IMG/VR virus record: IMGVR_UViG_3300035232_000453
Source of the DNA: a virus
DNA length: 64,000 bases
Direction: 5' to 3' (one strand)
The notes under the pieces are model-generated. The model was not told the DNA's origin and did not search any database. It saw nothing but the letters and a program-made list of their open reading frames with translations. Shown here one piece after another: positions 59,192-64,000 of the stretch. The position numbers and the translations under genes were made by a program. Positions within the stretch are counted from its first letter, which is position 1, and each line of letters opens with the position of its first letter.

Positions 59192-60232
59192 ATGGCAACA
59201 CACTTAAAAATAAAATGGCCTAATCACTACATTGTAGTAGAACTATGTAAATCTCCAGTTGTGGAGAAATGGAAACTGTGTATACAAGATGTTATTAAAA
59301 ATAATGCACCTCCGATGATTACACATGGTGCACCATTTTATCATGCGTATGGTGGACGAAACGAAGAACTGCAAGCAAAAGCTGTTAAAGAAATAAATTT
59401 AGCAATAGAAGAAGTTAATAAATTAGTTTCAGTTCCATTTCCTCATCGTGCATACGAAGACATGCCTTGGGAACAAACAAATCTAATACACAGATGTTTT
59501 ACAACAGCTCAAGTTAGTCATAGAACTTGGCAACTTAATCTAACAAGTAAACTTAAAGATCAATGCAAAGATGTTCCTGATGGCACCTTGCGTGATTGGT
59601 TACAAAGCATTGCTCCATTTGATTTTGATACTACAATGTGTTGGCAACCGTTTAGCAGTGCAAATAGTAGAATAAACAAATGGACACACATATATGAAGA
59701 CTTACGCATCAGTAAAAGAGCTGTAAATTTTAAAGACTTTGCAATAGAAAAATATGGAAAAGATATTCAATGTATTAATTTAGAACTAGATGTTTATCGC
59801 CCCGATGGACAAAAATGGTATACCTTCCAGGAGAGATGTAGCATAGAAGAGATCAAGTCTAGTTTTCCAGATAACAAAGAAGACTGTAACGTAACACTTA
59901 TGAAAAGTATTACTGGCAAAGATTACTTTCAATGCTATCAAGAGTATGACGATCCGACTGAATGGGATATTCAAAACGTAGGTGTTATTAAGGGTGGGTT
60001 AGCATACTATCCTCTTAACGAACTAAACAACGTACTACGTGGCAGTGACTTTGAAGCATGGTATAAAAGCTATGGACTGGCTCCTGAACAAGTCGAGCCA
60101 GTACCTTTAGGAAAAATAGTTGAAGACACAGTTGACTACAGTAAATTTGTAGTACACGAAACAAATCTTAATTCAGATGGTACACAGGCGATATGTGATG
60201 AATATAGAAATATGAAATACGAACTTATATGA
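59192..60232 (+). CDS. Hypothetical protein
   Basis: 346 aa, AAGGAAG RBS; NLIHRCFT, GKDYFQCY..YDDP. Confidence 0.7.
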   Translation: MATHLKIKWPNHYIVVELCKSPVVEKWKLCIQDVIKNNAPPMITHGAPFYHAYGGRNEELQAKAVKEINLAIEEVNKLVSVPFPHRAYEDMPWEQTNLIHRCFTTAQVSHRTWQLNLTSKLKDQCKDVPDGTLRDWLQSIAPFDFDTTMCWQPFSSANSRINKWTHIYEDLRISKRAVNFKDFAIEKYGKDIQCINLELDVYRPDGQKWYTFQERCSIEEIKSSFPDNKEDCNVTLMKSITGKDYFQCYQEYDDPTEWDIQNVGVIKGGLAYYPLNELNNVLRGSDFEAWYKSYGLAPEQVEPVPLGKIVEDTVDYSKFVVHETNLNSDGTQAICDEYRNMKYELI

Positions 60233-61512
60233 AAAAATGGCAACACCACCGAGATAATAATTCTGCATTTTGCATCTTACCATTCAGTCAGAGTCACATC
60301 AACACTGATGGTAGTTGCCATGTATGTTGTGTAGGAGATTGGGATCATGCATTAAGTAGAAATGTTTCCGACGAAGGAATACTTAATCTATGGCGTGGTG
60401 AAAAATATAAAGAAATAAGACAGAAAATGTTAGCAGGCGAAAGACCATCAGTGTGCCAGGGTTGTTATAATTTAGATGATGCTGCAGGTGGAAGCGACCG
60501 AAGTGTACTAACACATAATTTCTCAGAGCCGCATGACGATTGGGACATTGAAGTTGATGCAGGAAACACAGATGGTATTCCAAGTTGGTTAGACTGGAGA
60601 CCGGGTAATTTTTGTAACTTAAAATGTAGGATGTGTTTTCCAAGTGCTAGTAGTGGACTAATGGATGAACTTACAGATAACAAAGAACTAAACCCGTTCT
60701 ATGGGCATGATGGATATGAAATTGGTAACTGGCTAGATGATCCTGATAGGTTTGAAGAATTTAAAAAAATTATACCCTATGTAAGCAAATTAAAAATTGC
60801 AGGCGGCGAACCTATGTTTATGCAAGGTGTTATAAACATGTTTAGATATTGTGTAGATAATGATATTGCAAAGAATATTAGTTTAGATATCACTACAAAC
60901 GGCACAAGGAAGCAAGGCAAAGTTTTAAAAATGCTTACTGAATTTAAAACACTTGATGTTAACTTTAGTATTGATGGTATAGCTAACAGTCATGATTACA
61001 TTAGATACCCTAGCAAGATAGTAGACATTCTAAAAAACTATAAAGAGTATCAGGAAATAGCAAAGACAACTATACTAATGACAGTACAGATGTACAACAT
61101 ATTTGAAATACCTAGTGTTATAGAATGGTGGTATGAGAACAACAAGCATCATGATTATGAAAAGCACAAGATTAATTTTAATTTTGTAATTGTGCCAAAA
61201 GACTTAGACGTTAGATTATTACCAGAACAATATAAAAAACAAGTAGTGGAAGAAATTAATCAAGTGTTAGATAGAATACAACTGTCAGATAGTATGTTAC
61301 GCAGAACAAGAATAGCAGACATCATTCATAAATTAACTGTAGAAAGCACAGGTCCAGAGATGGCTGCTAAAAACAATCTTACTGTTGATCAAAAGCAAAA
61401 ACAATTTGTTGATCGTACAGTGAAGTTTGATCGAATTAGAAACCAAACAATAAAAAGTCTAGACCCTAGACTGGTAGAGATATTTGAGACATGGAGACAA
61501 CAACATGGCTAA
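60229..61512 (+). CDS. Radical SAM enzyme with an N-terminal twitch-like Cys domain
   Basis: FCILPF...CC...CQGCY; CNLKCRMC; AGGEP; TTNGT; SIDG. Confidence 0.9.
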   Translation: MKKWQHHRDNNSAFCILPFSQSHINTDGSCHVCCVGDWDHALSRNVSDEGILNLWRGEKYKEIRQKMLAGERPSVCQGCYNLDDAAGGSDRSVLTHNFSEPHDDWDIEVDAGNTDGIPSWLDWRPGNFCNLKCRMCFPSASSGLMDELTDNKELNPFYGHDGYEIGNWLDDPDRFEEFKKIIPYVSKLKIAGGEPMFMQGVINMFRYCVDNDIAKNISLDITTNGTRKQGKVLKMLTEFKTLDVNFSIDGIANSHDYIRYPSKIVDILKNYKEYQEIAKTTILMTVQMYNIFEIPSVIEWWYENNKHHDYEKHKINFNFVIVPKDLDVRLLPEQYKKQVVEEINQVLDRIQLSDSMLRRTRIADIIHKLTVESTGPEMAAKNNLTVDQKQKQFVDRTVKFDRIRNQTIKSLDPRLVEIFETWRQQHG

Positions 61513-62254
61513 AATATTTTATGTAAATGGATGTAGCCATACAGCAGGTGCTGAAATGGAATATGTTAAAAGCAAGGGTACAGAATATGACAAACAACAT
61601 AGCTATGCAAAACACATACACGATAATCTGTTTAGTGATTATGAATACATAAACCATGCATACAGTGGCAACAGTAACGAAAGTATGGCGTTGGATACAA
61701 TTAATAGTTTATCTCAAATGCTAGAACACACACCTGCAAGCGATATGTTTGTAATGTTAGGTCTTACTGATCCTAATAGATATCATTTTGATGTGCCACC
61801 TAATTGGCAAATTTATCGTAATCGAATTAGATTTTTTACAGGGCTAGATATAAATCCCGATTATAGATATAACTGTGCAACTGATTTTCCTTATGCAAAA
61901 GAATTATGGACTGGTATAAATGCAATGGCATCAAACTTTGAACAAGAATATAGAGTGTTCGCTAAAGACTATTCGTTGCTTGTTAACTTTTTAGAGTCTA
62001 ATAATTTACAGTATAGAATGATTCAAACACTTCATTGTTACGATCCTAAGTTTGTACCAGAACAATACAATAAAATTTACGAACATTATTTTAATAATTC
62101 TCATGTAGTTAACAAGAAAGGTTGGAATAATACTATGTTTGAGTGGTTAAAAGATAAAGGATACAGTAACTCTATAGACGGACGTACTGGACATTACAGA
62201 GAAGATGCTCACATAGCCTGGGCAGACTACTTGTTGAGTAGGATAACATTATGA
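61505..62254 (+). CDS. SGNH/GDSL-like hydrolase or acyltransferase
   Basis: Start moved to ATG 61505 (GGAG upstream); YVNGCSHTAG, NHAYSGNSN, DGRTGHY. Confidence 0.7.
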   Translation: MAKIFYVNGCSHTAGAEMEYVKSKGTEYDKQHSYAKHIHDNLFSDYEYINHAYSGNSNESMALDTINSLSQMLEHTPASDMFVMLGLTDPNRYHFDVPPNWQIYRNRIRFFTGLDINPDYRYNCATDFPYAKELWTGINAMASNFEQEYRVFAKDYSLLVNFLESNNLQYRMIQTLHCYDPKFVPEQYNKIYEHYFNNSHVVNKKGWNNTMFEWLKDKGYSNSIDGRTGHYREDAHIAWADYLLSRITL

Positions 62255-62991
62255 CTATATTGTATGTAAATGGATGTAGTCAAACTGCAGGCGCTGAAAT
62301 AGTATCACCGGGCATTGTTGATACACAAACTAATCCACACAATGATAATAGAAAACTAAGTTGGGCTGGACAAATACACAGCAATTTATTTAAAAATTGG
62401 GAATATGTTAATGCCGCATACTCGGGTAGTAACAATGAAAGTATTGCATTAAATACTATTAATGATATAGAACAATTAACTCCAAGCCAACGTTATGATG
62501 TAAGAGTATTAATAGGATGGACATATCCTGGTAGATATCAATTTGAAGTACCTAAGGACTTTGGTTGTTATAAACAGAAAGCCAAGTTCTTTGCAGGATA
62601 TGGGTTAAGTAACGACCTAGAAGAAATACCATATGCTGATGAACTGTGGAATGGGATTAATGGCATACATACTCCAATGGATGATTATAAAACATTTATA
62701 CGAGATTACACGTTGTTAAGCAGTTATCTTTACACAAACAATATAAGATATTGTATGTTACATTTTAATTGGCATCCTAAGACTGTAAGTACTGATAACA
62801 GATACACACACATGTATAACCGTTATGTCCATGATGACAATTTTATTTACAAGTACAATGATAGTGTAACTTGGTTACACAATAACAATTACATTGACAC
62901 CGAAGACGGACGCACTGGCCATTACACACAACAAGCACACGCTGAGTATAGTAAATTTATTAGCAAGGAAGTATTAGCATGTCTCCAATAA
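62251..62991 (+). CDS. SGNH/GDSL-like hydrolase or acyltransferase (tandem paralog)
   Basis: YVNGCSQTAG, NAAYSGSNN, DGRTGHY. Confidence 0.7.
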   Translation: MTILYVNGCSQTAGAEIVSPGIVDTQTNPHNDNRKLSWAGQIHSNLFKNWEYVNAAYSGSNNESIALNTINDIEQLTPSQRYDVRVLIGWTYPGRYQFEVPKDFGCYKQKAKFFAGYGLSNDLEEIPYADELWNGINGIHTPMDDYKTFIRDYTLLSSYLYTNNIRYCMLHFNWHPKTVSTDNRYTHMYNRYVHDDNFIYKYNDSVTWLHNNNYIDTEDGRTGHYTQQAHAEYSKFISKEVLACLQ

Positions 62992-63086
62992 AATGGATAA
63001 AAACAAAATACAAGCACTGGCGTATTAAACGACAAATGAATAAGAAAATCAAACGTGCAAAAAAGAACAAGCACATATACGATTAA
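62979..63086 (+). CDS. 35-aa highly basic peptide MSPIKWIKTKYKHWRIKRQMNKKIKRAKKNKHIYD (absent from the ORF track)
   Basis: AAGGAAG upstream; overlaps the previous stop; C-terminus similar to 57860-57952. Confidence 0.65.
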   Translation: MSPIKWIKTKYKHWRIKRQMNKKIKRAKKNKHIYD

Positions 63087-63092
63087 CCAGTA

Positions 63093-63099
63093 CTAAATA
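63093..63099 (+). promoter_or_regulatory. Late promoter-like CTAAATA
   Basis: In the gap before the HAD gene. Confidence 0.4.
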
Positions 63100-63120
63100 T
63101 ATAAAGCAACGGGAAAGATA

Positions 63121-63714
63121 ATGAAAACAATAATTTTTGATTTTGACGGTACACTTGCAGACTGCAAAGAACTACATCAAATTGCATTTCGTAATGCAGT
63201 ACAAGAGCTTTGTCCTGGTGCAGAATTTAGCAACGAAGACGTGGAAGGTAGGCCAACACGTGAGAAGATACGTATACTACACACAATGGGTTACGAGTTT
63301 AACGGTGATAAGTTAAATGATATCAAGCAAGCATATACACAAGAACACTTAGCAGAGTATGTAAAGTTTAACAAAGAACTACTAGATGAGATGTTGAGAT
63401 TAAAGCAAAGATATAAGCTATGCATAGCCAGTAATGCTACAGAATTATTTGTACTTAGAAGTTTAAGTATTATGCAAATGTATAAAGAATCAGGACAACA
63501 AGTGTTTGATAAAATTAATACTGCAACAGACTTTCCAGCTAAACCAGATACTACTACATTTATAGATTGTATGAGGTGGACCGGTAACACACCGGACAAC
63601 ACTATTATATTTGAGGATAGTGTAGTTGGAATACAATGTGCATTAAACACAGGTGCACAGGTTGTTAGAGTAATAGATGTAGATCACACTATAGAGGAAA
63701 TGAAGAAACTATGA
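63121..63714 (+). CDS. HAD-superfamily phosphatase (beta-PGM-like)
   Basis: IFDFDGTLAD, ASN, KP, FEDS..G. Confidence 0.9.
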   Translation: MKTIIFDFDGTLADCKELHQIAFRNAVQELCPGAEFSNEDVEGRPTREKIRILHTMGYEFNGDKLNDIKQAYTQEHLAEYVKFNKELLDEMLRLKQRYKLCIASNATELFVLRSLSIMQMYKESGQQVFDKINTATDFPAKPDTTTFIDCMRWTGNTPDNTIIFEDSVVGIQCALNTGAQVVRVIDVDHTIEEMKKL

Positions 63715-64000
63715 AACTAATAATGCCAATGGCGGGCTTAGGTAGTCGCTTTCCAGATCAAGTTAAACCCCTAATACCAGTTGGTGATGTTCCTATGTTT
63801 GTACACAGTGAACGTTGCATAGACTTGGAGTTTGATGAACGTATATTCATTGTACACAAGCAACACGATATTAAAAGTCGTGTGTTAGAATGGTATCCCG
63901 ATGCACACGTAATTGAATTGGACTACTTGACAGAAGGCACTGCTTGTAGTATAATGACTGCAAGGGAACACTTTGAAGATGGAAGTGATATCTTTGTTAG
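63711..64000 (+). CDS. Sugar-phosphate nucleotidyltransferase-like protein, runs off the window
   Basis: MKLIMPMAGLGSRF...KPLIPV...TEGTACS; ATGA overlap with the HAD stop. Confidence 0.8.
   Translation, partial: MKLIMPMAGLGSRFPDQVKPLIPVGDVPMFVHSERCIDLEFDERIFIVHKQHDIKSRVLEWYPDAHVIELDYLTEGTACSIMTAREHFEDGSDIFV

Noticed and set aside
1-64000. CRISPR array, tRNA genes, transposase/integrase, reverse transcriptase or diversity-generating retroelement, stop-codon reassignment
   Set aside because: No spaced repeats, cloverleaves or relevant motifs seen by eye; TAA, TAG and TGA all end full-length conserved genes

Overview
The window is 64 kb of an AT-rich, large T4-like (myovirus-type) phage genome read in the standard genetic code. 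The minus strand (1-14065) carries virion accessory proteins, the head module (major capsid gp23, scaffold gp22, protease gp21, an acidic core protein, portal gp20) and two tandem tape-measure-like paralogs. A divergent gp26-like gene is followed by a start-less gp51-like frame, apparently joined to it by a -1 ribosomal frameshift. A minus-strand operon under a sigma70-type promoter encodes a gp55-like late sigma factor, gp47/gp46 and a GIY-YIG protein. The plus-strand baseplate/tail module (21326-45368) includes a 3565-aa protein. An ~18.5 kb modification cluster (45433 to the window end) holds three glycosyltransferase-like genes, a nitroreductase, seven radical SAM enzymes (one B12-dependent), three SGNH-like proteins, a HAD phosphatase and a nucleotidyltransferase. 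Four things stand out beyond the ORF track: (1) two small, highly basic peptides ending in HIY[D/E] inside the radical SAM cluster, candidate RiPP-type substrates; (2) the gp26/gp51 frameshift cassette; (3) a ~245-nt structured RNA with its own promoter and terminator after the capsid gene; (4) a promoter-driven structured RNA followed by an AT-rich tract and DNA mini-hairpins, possibly an RNA-primed origin. All protein calls come from motif recognition by eye; no database searches or folding programs were run.
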